Shown here in pieces: positions 29,919 to 38,790 of a stretch of 64,000 nucleotides of DNA; position 1 is the stretch's first letter; each line of letters opens with the position of its first letter. The translations under genes and the position numbers were made by a program. Origin of the DNA: Patescibacteria group bacterium (GTDB lineage Bacteria > Patescibacteriota > Patescibacteriia > Patescibacteriales > UBA12465); the NCBI GenBank assembly GCA_028705215.1, contig JAQWDY010000001.1:32785-96784 (forward strand), in the 5' to 3' direction. The notes beneath the pieces are model-generated. The model made no database searches. It had not been told where the DNA came from and saw nothing but the letters and a program-made list of their open reading frames with translations.

Positions 29919-29948
29919 AAAAATAACTCTAATATTAGGGTTATTTTT
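29919..29948 (+). terminator. Terminator, possibly the displaced native tRNA-His terminator
   Basis: AAAAATAACTCTAA-TA-TTAGGGTTATTTTT, shortly after the last CACCCCA. Confidence 0.7.
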
Positions 29949-29988
29949 GTTTTAGATTTGTTGGACTCCTGGAGGGAAGACAAACTGG

Positions 29989-30017
29989 TTGACAAATAAT
30001 AATAATTATGATATAGT
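29989..30017 (+). promoter_or_regulatory. Promoter of the small membrane-protein gene
   Basis: TTGACA-17 bp-TATAGT with an extended TG. Confidence 0.7.
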
Positions 30018-30059
30018 ACATTTACAGTTCATTGAAATAATAACAAAAAATACCATATC

Positions 30060-30338
30060 ATGAAGATTAATCACTTTTCTTTCGTTATTTTTTTAGCGTC
30101 AACAGCGCTTAGCTTAATCCCTTTTGGAACAATTTTGGTGGGATACTTAATAGCAAAAAACAGCGCAAAAAAAGAACTCGTAACAAGGTTCTTGGTTGCT
30201 TCCGCTGGTGTAATATTAAGCCAAGGGGTTGCGCTTCAATTTGAAGCAATGAGAATTTTTTTGTCGCTATTTATTATGGCGGCAGCAATACCCTTCTTTC
30301 TTCCCAAGCAAAAAAAAGAAGAATTAAGTGATGTATAA
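30060..30338 (+). CDS. Small hypothetical membrane protein (about 3 TM)
   Basis: 92-aa hydrophobic ORF with its own promoter and terminator (30345-30377). Confidence 0.7.
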   Translation: MKINHFSFVIFLASTALSLIPFGTILVGYLIAKNSAKKELVTRFLVASAGVILSQGVALQFEAMRIFLSLFIMAAAIPFFLPKQKKEELSDV

Positions 30339-30426
30339 AAAGACAAAAGGAGTCTAGATCATTAAGACTCCTTTTTTATTTAAAAACAGCCCCAGAAGAG
30401 CTGTTTTTATTTTTATATTATATAAA

Positions 30427-31551
30427 TTATTGCTTAATAGGCATCACTATATAAAGATAGTTATTTTCTTTCTCGGGTTTAATCAAGCAAGGGGTGTTAT
30501 TGTTTAAAACTTTTATTAAGACATTTTCATCGTCAATATTATTTAACCCGTCCAGCAAATAACGGTAGTTTATTGTAATTTCATTTTCATCGCCTTCTAC
30601 ATTGCAATTAATTTCTACTTGACTTTCGCCGCTTGCCCCAGAAAACGAAGAAATAGAAATTTTATTTTTTAACAACAAAATAGTAATATCATTTATTCCA
30701 CTTTTTGAGAACAAAGAAACTGCTTTTACCCCTCTTATAAACTCTGTTTTATTAACTAACGCCTCTGTTATGCTTTTATTAGGAATTATTTGTTTATAAT
30801 CAGGGTATTTTCCGTTTATTAAACGAGAAATTAAACTTACTGAATCAAATTTAAATAAAATCTGATTATCAGAAATGGTAATTTCTATTTCATTTGCTCC
30901 ATCGATATCATTAAAATCAAAATTATTAAGTATTCTTAACAATTCTTGAACTGTTTTTGCTGGAACAATTACAGACTCATCTTCTTTTTTATAATTTTCT
31001 TTTATTTTAACTTCTTTTTCAGCTAAGCGATAACTATCAGTTGCCGCTAAATTTAATTTTTTTTCAGAAAAAGTGAATAAAACACCAGTTAATTCAACTC
31101 TATTTTCACTATTTGAAACTGCAAAAATAACTTGAGCGAGCGATTTTTTAAATTCTTCTATATCTAATAAATAACTTGTGTCTTCGTTTATTGTTGGAAT
31201 AAGGGGAAAATCTTTTGCTTCTTCTCCTTTTATTTTTGTTTTATAATTACCTGATTTTATCTTAAGCTCCTTATTTTTTTCTTCAATCTCAACTTTCTCT
31301 CCGTTATTTAGTAAGTTTACATAATCACTTATCAACTTAGAATCAACTGTAAATTGTCCTTCTCTTTCTATTTTTCCTCTAACTAAATGCCTTATCCCGA
31401 TCTCTAGATTAGTTCCAATAAACTCTATGTTACTATTTTCAATTTTTATTAATATATTATTTAATATAGGAAGATTGACATTTTTTACTGTTACATGTCC
31501 AACTATATTTAATCCTCTTTTTAAATTTTCTTGTAGGGATATAAATTTCAT
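30427..31551 (-). CDS. dnaN: DNA polymerase III beta clamp
   Basis: LPILNNILI, TNLEIGI, AATDSYRLAE, SRLINGKYPDY, YIVMPIKQ. Confidence 0.97.
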   Translation of the reverse strand: MKFISLQENLKRGLNIVGHVTVKNVNLPILNNILIKIENSNIEFIGTNLEIGIRHLVRGKIEREGQFTVDSKLISDYVNLLNNGEKVEIEEKNKELKIKSGNYKTKIKGEEAKDFPLIPTINEDTSYLLDIEEFKKSLAQVIFAVSNSENRVELTGVLFTFSEKKLNLAATDSYRLAEKEVKIKENYKKEDESVIVPAKTVQELLRILNNFDFNDIDGANEIEITISDNQILFKFDSVSLISRLINGKYPDYKQIIPNKSITEALVNKTEFIRGVKAVSLFSKSGINDITILLLKNKISISSFSGASGESQVEINCNVEGDENEITINYRYLLDGLNNIDDENVLIKVLNNNTPCLIKPEKENNYLYIVMPIKQ

Positions 31552-31816
31552 ATTTTTATAATTGTTTATTATATTATTAATTTATATTATATAAATAATA
31601 ATAATAATAAGGAGGTGGATAATTAAATATTTTTTAAGTTTTCTTATAATTATATAGTCATTTGACCTATTTTGCTGTTGATAAGCGAACTCTTAAAAAG
31701 TGGGAAAATAATAACAAAGTGTTAACTACTTTTCTACTATCTATTTTTTAAACAATTTGTTAAATCTAATCAACAGGACTATTTTTTATATCAACAACTT
31801 AATCCACAGAAAATTG
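31552..31816. other. Probable replication origin (oriC, unwinding half)
   Basis: dnaA-dnaN intergenic region with DnaA-box variants (31614-22, 31676-84, 31767-75, 31788-96, 31800-08), a trinucleotide repeat at 31594-31610 and an AT-only tract. Confidence 0.8.
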
Positions 31817-33220
31817 TTAATAACTTTGATTAAAAAGTTGCTTTATTGAATTTATTTCTTGTTTTAATTTTTCATTACTAACAACTTTTATTTCATTTAA
31901 GATTTTGTTATAAGCGTGCATAGCTGTGGTGTGATCACGTCCTCCTAGTTCATGGCCTATTGCTGGATAAGATGAGTTTAATTCTTCTCTTATTAAATAA
32001 ATAGCAACTTGTCGAGGATTAACTAATTCTTTTTTTCTGCTATTACCAGTTAAATCCTTGGTATTTATGTTATAGAATTTCGCTACCACTTCAATTATGT
32101 CACGAGCAGACATTGAACGAGATTGAATATTGGAAATAAAGTCACCTAAAACCTCTTTCACGGTTTCGGTGCTAGGTTCAATATTTTTTAATTGATGATA
32201 GGCAATTACTTTATTTAAAGCGCCCTCAAGCTCCCTGATATTGTTTTTTACATTCTCTGCAATATAGATTAAAACATTTTTTTCTAAGACAAATCCTTTT
32301 TCCTGCGCCTTTTTTTCTAATATAACCAACTTTGTTTCAGTGTCTGGCTTACCAATATCAGCCACCATACCTGATTCAAATCGGGAAATTAACCTTTTTT
32401 CAATAGCGGGCATAGATTTTGGTGGGCGATCAGAGGTGAGGACAATTTGTTTATCATTTTGCTGAAGTTCATTAAAGGTGTGAAAAAACTCTTCTTGGGT
32501 TCCGTCTTTTCCGCCCATAAATTGGATATCATCAACCAAAAGAAGATCAACATTTCGATAGAGATTTTTAAACTCTTTTGCCTTTCCGGTAGTAACAGCC
32601 TGAATATAGCTGTTGGTAAATTTTTCGCTTGTTGTGTATAGAATTTTACTATTTTTCTTAGCTACTTCGTTGCCAATTGCCTGCATAAGATGGGTTTTTC
32701 CTAACCCAACGCCGCCATAGATAAAAAGTGGGTTATAGGATTTACCAAGATTATTAGCAACCGCTAAACAAGCGGCGTGCGCCAACTCATTGCCACGACC
32801 AACAACAAAATTTTCAAAAAGATATTTAGAGTTTAAACCATAACGATTAGCTGAAAAAGAGCTATTGTTTTCTGGTACACTTATTTTTTGTTCCGATTTA
32901 AATAAAATATTTTCATTATCTTTTGTTGACGATCCACTTTTAGTTGCTTTATTTGTCTCTTCTTTTGTATTTTTTAGTTCTATTTTATAGATAATTTCTT
33001 CAATTTCTTGTTTGGTAACGCTATTTAAAGCACTAATTATGTTTTTGTGATATTTTTCTTCTAACCATTTTTTAACAAAGGCATTGGGGACACAAAGAAT
33101 GACCCGACTATTTTCGAATGAAGATATGAAAGTGTCTTTAAACCAAGTGATAAAGTTAGCTCGCGACAAACTAACCTCTATTTCTCCTAGTACAGCTTGC
33201 CAAATTTGTTCGTTATTCAT
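31817..33220 (-). CDS. dnaA: Chromosomal replication initiator DnaA
   Basis: YNPLFIYGGVGLGKTHL, LLLVDDIQF, QEEFFHTFN, RELEGAL, GGRDHTT. Confidence 0.98.
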   Translation of the reverse strand: MNNEQIWQAVLGEIEVSLSRANFITWFKDTFISSFENSRVILCVPNAFVKKWLEEKYHKNIISALNSVTKQEIEEIIYKIELKNTKEETNKATKSGSSTKDNENILFKSEQKISVPENNSSFSANRYGLNSKYLFENFVVGRGNELAHAACLAVANNLGKSYNPLFIYGGVGLGKTHLMQAIGNEVAKKNSKILYTTSEKFTNSYIQAVTTGKAKEFKNLYRNVDLLLVDDIQFMGGKDGTQEEFFHTFNELQQNDKQIVLTSDRPPKSMPAIEKRLISRFESGMVADIGKPDTETKLVILEKKAQEKGFVLEKNVLIYIAENVKNNIRELEGALNKVIAYHQLKNIEPSTETVKEVLGDFISNIQSRSMSARDIIEVVAKFYNINTKDLTGNSRKKELVNPRQVAIYLIREELNSSYPAIGHELGGRDHTTAMHAYNKILNEIKVVSNEKLKQEINSIKQLFNQSY

Positions 33221-33278
33221 AGGTGGGGTGCTTAAAAATAAGTTAAAACAATTTATTTAATTATATTAGAAATATAAC

Positions 33279-33329
33279 TTTTCCACAAGGCAAGAAAATG
33301 TTAAAAATATGTTAACAAGAGGTGTATAA
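33279..33329. promoter_or_regulatory. DnaA boxes in the dnaA/rpmH divergent promoter region
   Basis: TTTTCCACA (33279-87) and GGTGTATAA (33321-29). Confidence 0.6.
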
Positions 33330-33403
33330 CTTTTTAAGTCTTTATAATTGACGGCTATAAATAAAGATGATATTGTATAAAAACAAATTATTAAGAATAT
33401 AAT

Positions 33404-33541
33404 ATGCCAAAAAGAACATATCAGCCGAACAAGAAAAGGGCAAAGACAAAACATGGTTTTATCAGTCGAATGGAAACAAAAGATGGTAGAAATGTTTTAA
33501 AGAGTCGTCGCGCGAAAGGCAGAAAAAAATTAGCAAAATAA
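33404..33541 (+). CDS. rpmH: 50S ribosomal protein L34 (absent from the ORF track)
   Basis: [45 protein letters not shown]. Confidence 0.97.
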   Translation: MPKRTYQPNKKRAKTKHGFISRMETKDGRNVLKSRRAKGRKKLAK

Positions 33542-33556
33542 GTTTTAGACCTATAA

Positions 33557-33892
33557 ATGCTAAGAAAAGAAAACAGAATAAGACTAAAGAAAGAATTTGA
33601 CCAAGTTTTTAAGCGTGGCTTGTCTTTTTATAATAAAAATCTAGGAGTTAAGGTTTTAAAAACAGAATTAAAAGTGAGTCGACTTGGCATTATAATAAGT
33701 AACAAGGTTAGCAAGAGGGCGGTTGAGAGAAATAGAATAAAAAGAATCATCAGAGATTTTTTTAAAAAAGAAATTGAAGGTTTAAAAATAGGGAAAGATG
33801 TGGTGATAATTGTGTTCCCCAATGAAGCAAATAAGAGTAAGGCTGAAATTGAGAAAGATTTAAAAATAGCATTAGATAAAATAAAAAAATAA
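33557..33892 (+). CDS. rnpA: RNase P protein component
   Basis: [22 protein letters not shown]; synteny with rpmH. Confidence 0.96.
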   Translation: MLRKENRIRLKKEFDQVFKRGLSFYNKNLGVKVLKTELKVSRLGIIISNKVSKRAVERNRIKRIIRDFFKKEIEGLKIGKDVVIIVFPNEANKSKAEIEKDLKIALDKIKK

Positions 33893-33915
33893 TGACAAGG
33901 CAAATATCGGTAATA

Positions 33916-34149
33916 ATGAAGAAGTTTTTTATTGGTCTTATTTCTTTTTATCAAAAAACCCTTTCTTTTGACCATGGACCACTGAAAATTTTTTATCCAC
34001 ACGGTTTTTGTCGCTTTAACCCCACCTGTTCCCAGTATGGGAAAGAGGCGATAGAAAAACATGGAGCGATAAAGGGGGGGGTGATGACAATGTGGAGAAT
34101 TTTGCGTTGTAATCCTTGGAATAAAGGAGGAAATGATCCTGTTAAATAA
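33916..34149 (+). CDS. yidD: Membrane protein insertion efficiency factor
   Basis: [23 protein letters not shown]. Confidence 0.95.
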   Translation: MKKFFIGLISFYQKTLSFDHGPLKIFYPHGFCRFNPTCSQYGKEAIEKHGAIKGGVMTMWRILRCNPWNKGGNDPVK

Positions 34150-34167
34150 TATATTTATATAATTAGT

Positions 34168-34899
34168 ATGTTTACCACAATTTTTTATCAGCCAGTTTTA
34201 AATCTATTGGTTTTTATCTATAATATAATACCATTTAACGATTTTGGCGTTGCGATTATATTATTAACTGTTATTATCAAGCTTATTTTTTGGCCACTTG
34301 GTGGCAAAGCAATTAAATCACAGAAAGCGCTTCAAGATCTACAACCTAAGATTGATAAAATAAAGCAAGAATATAAAGATGATAAGGTTGCGTCAAGCCA
34401 AAAAATAATGGAGCTTTATAAAGATAATAAAATAAATCCTTTTTCGTCTTGTCTTCCTCTTTTAATTCAACTCCCTTTTCTATGGGCGGTATTTCGTATA
34501 TTTAGAAGTGGGGTAGAAAATAATCTTGATTTAGTTTATCCCTTTATAAGTAGACCGGAAAGTATTAATACTATTTCTTTTGGTATAGTTGACTTAGGTG
34601 TTCCTAATGTATATCTTGCGATTTTAGCGGGATTGGCTCAATTTTGGCAGGCAAAAATGGTTTCCGTTAGAAAGCCAGAGATTAAAACGCCGGGAGCAAA
34701 GGATGAAAATATGATGGCAATAATGAATAAACAAATGTTGTTTATTATGCCTGCGGTAACAGTTTTTATTGGCATGTCTTTGCCGGGTGGCCTAACCCTT
34801 TATTGGTTGGTAATTACTTTAGTAACCGTTATACAGCAACTACTAGTCTTTAAGAAAAAAAATAATACTGAAGTGATTGAAGGAGAAATAGTTAAATAA
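34168..34899 (+). CDS. yidC: Membrane protein insertase YidC/Oxa1
   Basis: LQPKI, MELYK...NPFSSCLPLLIQLP, GLTLYW. Confidence 0.95.
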   Translation: MFTTIFYQPVLNLLVFIYNIIPFNDFGVAIILLTVIIKLIFWPLGGKAIKSQKALQDLQPKIDKIKQEYKDDKVASSQKIMELYKDNKINPFSSCLPLLIQLPFLWAVFRIFRSGVENNLDLVYPFISRPESINTISFGIVDLGVPNVYLAILAGLAQFWQAKMVSVRKPEIKTPGAKDENMMAIMNKQMLFIMPAVTVFIGMSLPGGLTLYWLVITLVTVIQQLLVFKKKNNTEVIEGEIVK

Positions 34900-34946
34900 G
34901 ATAAATAAAAAATAGCCTTAAAAATGGGCTATTTTTTTATAAACTA

Positions 34947-36833
34947 TTAATTTACCGTTACCTCTTCTTTTATTTCTTCTGTTTGTTCGGCGTTATCTAT
35001 ATCCTCTTTTTCTACCTCTTTTTCTTTGCCAACCAAACACACCTCTTGCCAAGGAACATAATGGGAATTGAATCTTACTTCTTGACGAGGCGTAGTTGTG
35101 GCACCTTCGGGATAAGTTACAATGTAATCAAAGTAGGTGTCAGCACCATTATGAGCACTTTCAGTACAACGTTTTTGACCGGGCTCTAATTCATCGGTTT
35201 CTATTATTTTAGTAGCTGGTGGTTTTACAATGTTGTAAATAATCGGCGTAGTAGTTGTCGCCTCTCTTCCATCTTTGGTTCCCCAGAAATCAAAATAGAT
35301 ATCGTTTCCTTCGATGCGAGATTGGATGAGGATGTAATTATTTGTATCATTTATAAATTTAACATCTGGCCAAGGATCATAAACGGCAGCGTCCATGCCA
35401 GCTGGTTCGTAGTAGCTGACTCGGTAGGAGTGGTTTCTTCTCGCGGTGATAGGCAGACCTGATGAAAGAGCGGATCGAAAAATAGTTGTCGCCACTTGGC
35501 ATAAGCCGCCACCATATTCAAGAATGGTTTTATCACCCTTTATAACCAATTCTGGCAAATAACCAGTGCTAGCATCAATATCACCTAATGCGCCAACTAG
35601 CGAAAACTCTTCGTCGGGTTTAATTAGTACGCCATGAATAGCTTCAGCGCCCACTTCAATGTTGTGACGCCGGTTAGCCGAAGATCCAGCGAAATTAGAA
35701 TGACCAACACCAATTAATTCTTTTATAGAAAAATCGTTTTCTGATGTAAAATCTTCGACACTTATTATTTTTGTTTTTATTTCTGCTTCCCAAAGATTAA
35801 CAGTTAGATTATCTAAAATATTTTCAGCACTTAATTCTAGGTCAAGTTCACGCCCATCTTTGCCCACTTGCCAGCTAGACACCTTGTTGTCTACAATCTC
35901 AAAACGAGGCAAAACAATCTCTTGATTTATTTGTTTGGCTACCTGAGAAGAAAGATATTTTTTAATTTTTTCTTTATCAAAGCTGAAGGTTGGTATCTGA
36001 TTAGCAGTTTTTGTTGTTATCCAGGTAATTAATTCGCTCGATTTAACTTTAAATGTTAATTTCTCTTCATTTTTTGTAGAGTTATCAATATAAAAAATTA
36101 TAAAATCACCTTGAGCAAGTATTTCTTCTGCCTTTGGCCTTAAAACTTCTAAGTCAGTCTGCAAAATGCTTGGATATTGTGATTGAGTCCTTAGTATTAT
36201 ATGGGGAGTTTTTAAATATTTTAAAGATTCCTCTAGTTCATTCTTTAAATTTACTACAGCAACCTCCTTGCCTATTCTCTCTTTATTGTTTATTAAATCT
36301 CCCTCTTCATTGATTGAAAAATAGGCGTTTTCGGCGGGTATGGTTAAATTAGAGAAATTATTATTTAGCCATTTTAAAATAATTTCATCTTGATAAGATA
36401 AAGAGAGAAGGGTTTGATTTTTATAATCACTTACTAAAATTGTTTTTATATAATCAAGAAAAGATCTATTTTTTTTTGCAAAAGCATCGTTTGCCGTTTC
36501 TTCAATATCAAAGACAAAGGAGTCAACATAAAGAAGACTTTCGGGAATATCAGGACTAGCTGAAGTGGCACTAAGAGGAAATGTTTTACTTTCATTATTA
36601 TAAGAAAAAACAATTCCTTTTTCACGAAGACGAACTTCTTCTTTTATTAGCAAATCTCTGACTTCATCTATTTCTAATCTAGAAACATCCAAATTGCCAA
36701 TATAGGTTCGAGGAAGAAGTTTGGATCGATAATTTGTTGACCAATATAAATAAAAAATTAAAAAAATTGTCAGCAATAATAATAGAACTGACAAAGAAAT
36801 AAAAGTTAATTTTTTATTTTTTAACATAGACAT
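34947..36833 (-). CDS. VanW-family protein with peptidoglycan-binding repeats
   Basis: RRHNI, EFS, GGGLCQVATTIFR, RRNHSYRVSYY, D.KFINDT; N-terminal TM. Confidence 0.9.
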   Translation of the reverse strand: MSMLKNKKLTFISLSVLLLLLTIFLIFYLYWSTNYRSKLLPRTYIGNLDVSRLEIDEVRDLLIKEEVRLREKGIVFSYNNESKTFPLSATSASPDIPESLLYVDSFVFDIEETANDAFAKKNRSFLDYIKTILVSDYKNQTLLSLSYQDEIILKWLNNNFSNLTIPAENAYFSINEEGDLINNKERIGKEVAVVNLKNELEESLKYLKTPHIILRTQSQYPSILQTDLEVLRPKAEEILAQGDFIIFYIDNSTKNEEKLTFKVKSSELITWITTKTANQIPTFSFDKEKIKKYLSSQVAKQINQEIVLPRFEIVDNKVSSWQVGKDGRELDLELSAENILDNLTVNLWEAEIKTKIISVEDFTSENDFSIKELIGVGHSNFAGSSANRRHNIEVGAEAIHGVLIKPDEEFSLVGALGDIDASTGYLPELVIKGDKTILEYGGGLCQVATTIFRSALSSGLPITARRNHSYRVSYYEPAGMDAAVYDPWPDVKFINDTNNYILIQSRIEGNDIYFDFWGTKDGREATTTTPIIYNIVKPPATKIIETDELEPGQKRCTESAHNGADTYFDYIVTYPEGATTTPRQEVRFNSHYVPWQEVCLVGKEKEVEKEDIDNAEQTEEIKEEVTVN

Positions 36834-37249
36834 CAATCTTTAACAGTAACTTTTATTTTTTCAGGCTTCGACTTATATAAAGTTATGGTTAAAACCCCAT
36901 TTTCTATTTCTGCCTTAATTTTTTTCGGATCAACCTCAGCCGGTAAGATTATTGAACGTGAAAATGGGCCCCAATAGCACTCTTTAAATAGATATTCGCA
37001 ATCAGAAGAAAGCTCTTTATTTTCGCGACTACCTTTAATAATAAGAAGGTCATTGTGGAGAGATATTTTTAAATTTTCAGGATTTGCGCCAGCTATGGTA
37101 GATTTTATAATAATCCTTTTAAGGTCGTGTAAAACGTCAATAGCAAGTTGCCCCTCTTCTTCTTCCGCTTCTTCTTCCAGCCATTTATTAATTGTTGGCT
37201 CCTCTTCTTTTATAAGAGAATCATTTTTATTTTTTTTAGAAAAAAGCAT
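36833..37249 (-). CDS. Hsp20/alpha-crystallin small heat-shock protein
   Basis: GQLAIDV, ECYWGPFSRSIILP, A.IENGVLTITL. Confidence 0.92.
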   Translation of the reverse strand: MLFSKKNKNDSLIKEEEPTINKWLEEEAEEEEGQLAIDVLHDLKRIIIKSTIAGANPENLKISLHNDLLIIKGSRENKELSSDCEYLFKECYWGPFSRSIILPAEVDPKKIKAEIENGVLTITLYKSKPEKIKVTVKD

Positions 37250-37357
37250 AAGAGATTAGAATTTTATTTATACTTTCAATTTACCAATTTTTTAGAAAAA
37301 TGTAAATATCACTTTTTTTGAGTAAAAAAATAAAAACCGCTATTATGGCGGTTTTAG

Positions 37358-37431
37358 TGGGCTCGTGCAGATTCGAACTGCAGACCTCTACGATGTCAAC
37401 GTAGCGCTCTAACCAACTGAGCTACGAGCCC
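37358..37431 (-). tRNA. tRNA-Val(GAC)
   Basis: GGGCTCG/CGAGCCC acceptor stem, CTACG TT GAC AT CGTAG. Confidence 0.95.
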
Positions 37432-37443
37432 GAAAAAGATTAG

Positions 37444-37517
37444 TGCGCCTAGATGGACTTGAACCATCGACCCCCGCTTTATAAGAGCGGTGCTCTAACC
37501 ACCTGAGCTATAGGCGC
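37444..37517 (-). tRNA. tRNA-Ile(TAT)
   Basis: GCGCCTA/TAGGCGC A, anticodon arm CCGCT CT TAT AA AGCGG. Confidence 0.93.
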
Positions 37518-37567
37518 AAAATGTTTTCATAAATCTTTATATCATTACAGAAGTATTTTATCAAGTA

Positions 37568-38671
37568 TTATTTTGCTAATAAGGAGGAAATTATATTGTT
37601 TGGGGCCTGTTTAGTTTGGGCGGTGGCTAATTTTTGGTTGCCACTTGGTTTGTAGGCTTCAAGAAGTTTGAGAACATTTGCATTATTTAAAGAGAAGGCG
37701 ATAAGTTTAGTATTTAAAACTCCTTCGATGGAAATAACGATATATTCTACTTCATTTAGCCCTGACATAAGCTCATCAATTAAATCTTTTAGCGGCTCAG
37801 TTTCAATCTCTAAGCCATCTAAATCTGATTCTTGAAGTGGTATCCAGGCTATTTTATTGTTTTCAATTTTCAATTTCTGTAGTATTTTAGCCCAAATTTT
37901 TAAGTCAGAAATACGTCGATTGCGGTATAGGTTGTTTACTATCTCCTCTCTTCTTCCTCCCAGCTTTATCAATTGAGAGGCGTGGATTAGGGTTTCGGAA
38001 GTTAATTTACCAGTCTTAAAATTTTTAGTTTGCAATATTATCCCTGCCAATAAAGCGGTTGCGATATCTTCGTTAATTAAATCTGCATTCTTTTTTAAAA
38101 TGAGATTATAAATTAACTCCGATAAAGTTGAGTAATTAATAGCAATAAAATTTATTTCTCCGAATTCCTCAGTTGACGCCCTAGAGGACAAATTAATAAT
38201 GGGCGTTTTGTAAAAAAATTCAATATTTTTATCATAGATATCACCTAAAGACTCTAAGTCATTAGCCCCTAAGCAAATTATTAAATCATAAAAGAAATCG
38301 CCAGCACGAGAACTAAGATCAGAAGCTTCAAACCAGCCGTTTTCTGGAGAAAGAATAAAATTTAATTGATTTTTTTCAACCACATACTTAATTTGACTAA
38401 CCTTGGTTTTACTAATATCTAAAGAAACCACAAATTTACGCAGATGGTCTAAATTATTTTTTATTTCATTAAAAGCGGGGAGAAAATTAAGGTGCCCCTG
38501 TTTTTTAGAACAAGAACCAGACACGTTAACATTTTTTCCATTCTTTTTTAAGAATAAGTAAAGCGCTAATGATGCGGACACAGAGTCCGGATTCCAATCA
38601 GAGGGAAAAACGAGCAATATGTTGTTTGCCTTTTCAATTTGTTTGAAAATTTGTTCTTCAATCTTAATCAT
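37568..38671 (-). CDS. DHH-superfamily phosphoesterase-like protein (degenerate)
   Basis: NPDSVSASLAL, ATALLAGII.QT.NF; the DHH triad itself is not present. Confidence 0.75.
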   Translation of the reverse strand: MIKIEEQIFKQIEKANNILLVFPSDWNPDSVSASLALYLFLKKNGKNVNVSGSCSKKQGHLNFLPAFNEIKNNLDHLRKFVVSLDISKTKVSQIKYVVEKNQLNFILSPENGWFEASDLSSRAGDFFYDLIICLGANDLESLGDIYDKNIEFFYKTPIINLSSRASTEEFGEINFIAINYSTLSELIYNLILKKNADLINEDIATALLAGIILQTKNFKTGKLTSETLIHASQLIKLGGRREEIVNNLYRNRRISDLKIWAKILQKLKIENNKIAWIPLQESDLDGLEIETEPLKDLIDELMSGLNEVEYIVISIEGVLNTKLIAFSLNNANVLKLLEAYKPSGNQKLATAQTKQAPNNIISSLLAK

Positions 38672-38790
38672 GAAAACTCGTTTTAGTTAATAAAAATGGA
38701 GTTTAATAAGATAATATATAACTATTTTTTGCTTCCGTCAAGTCTTTAGATATAATTGACTTAAGGCATATTTTTTGGTAGTTTTATATT

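Noticed and set aside
33223-33231. GCACCCCAC just upstream of dnaA (minus strand), matching the tRNA-His end/cassette core
   Set aside because: Inverted orientation, neither arm sequence is adjacent, and it was found post hoc; treated as coincidence.
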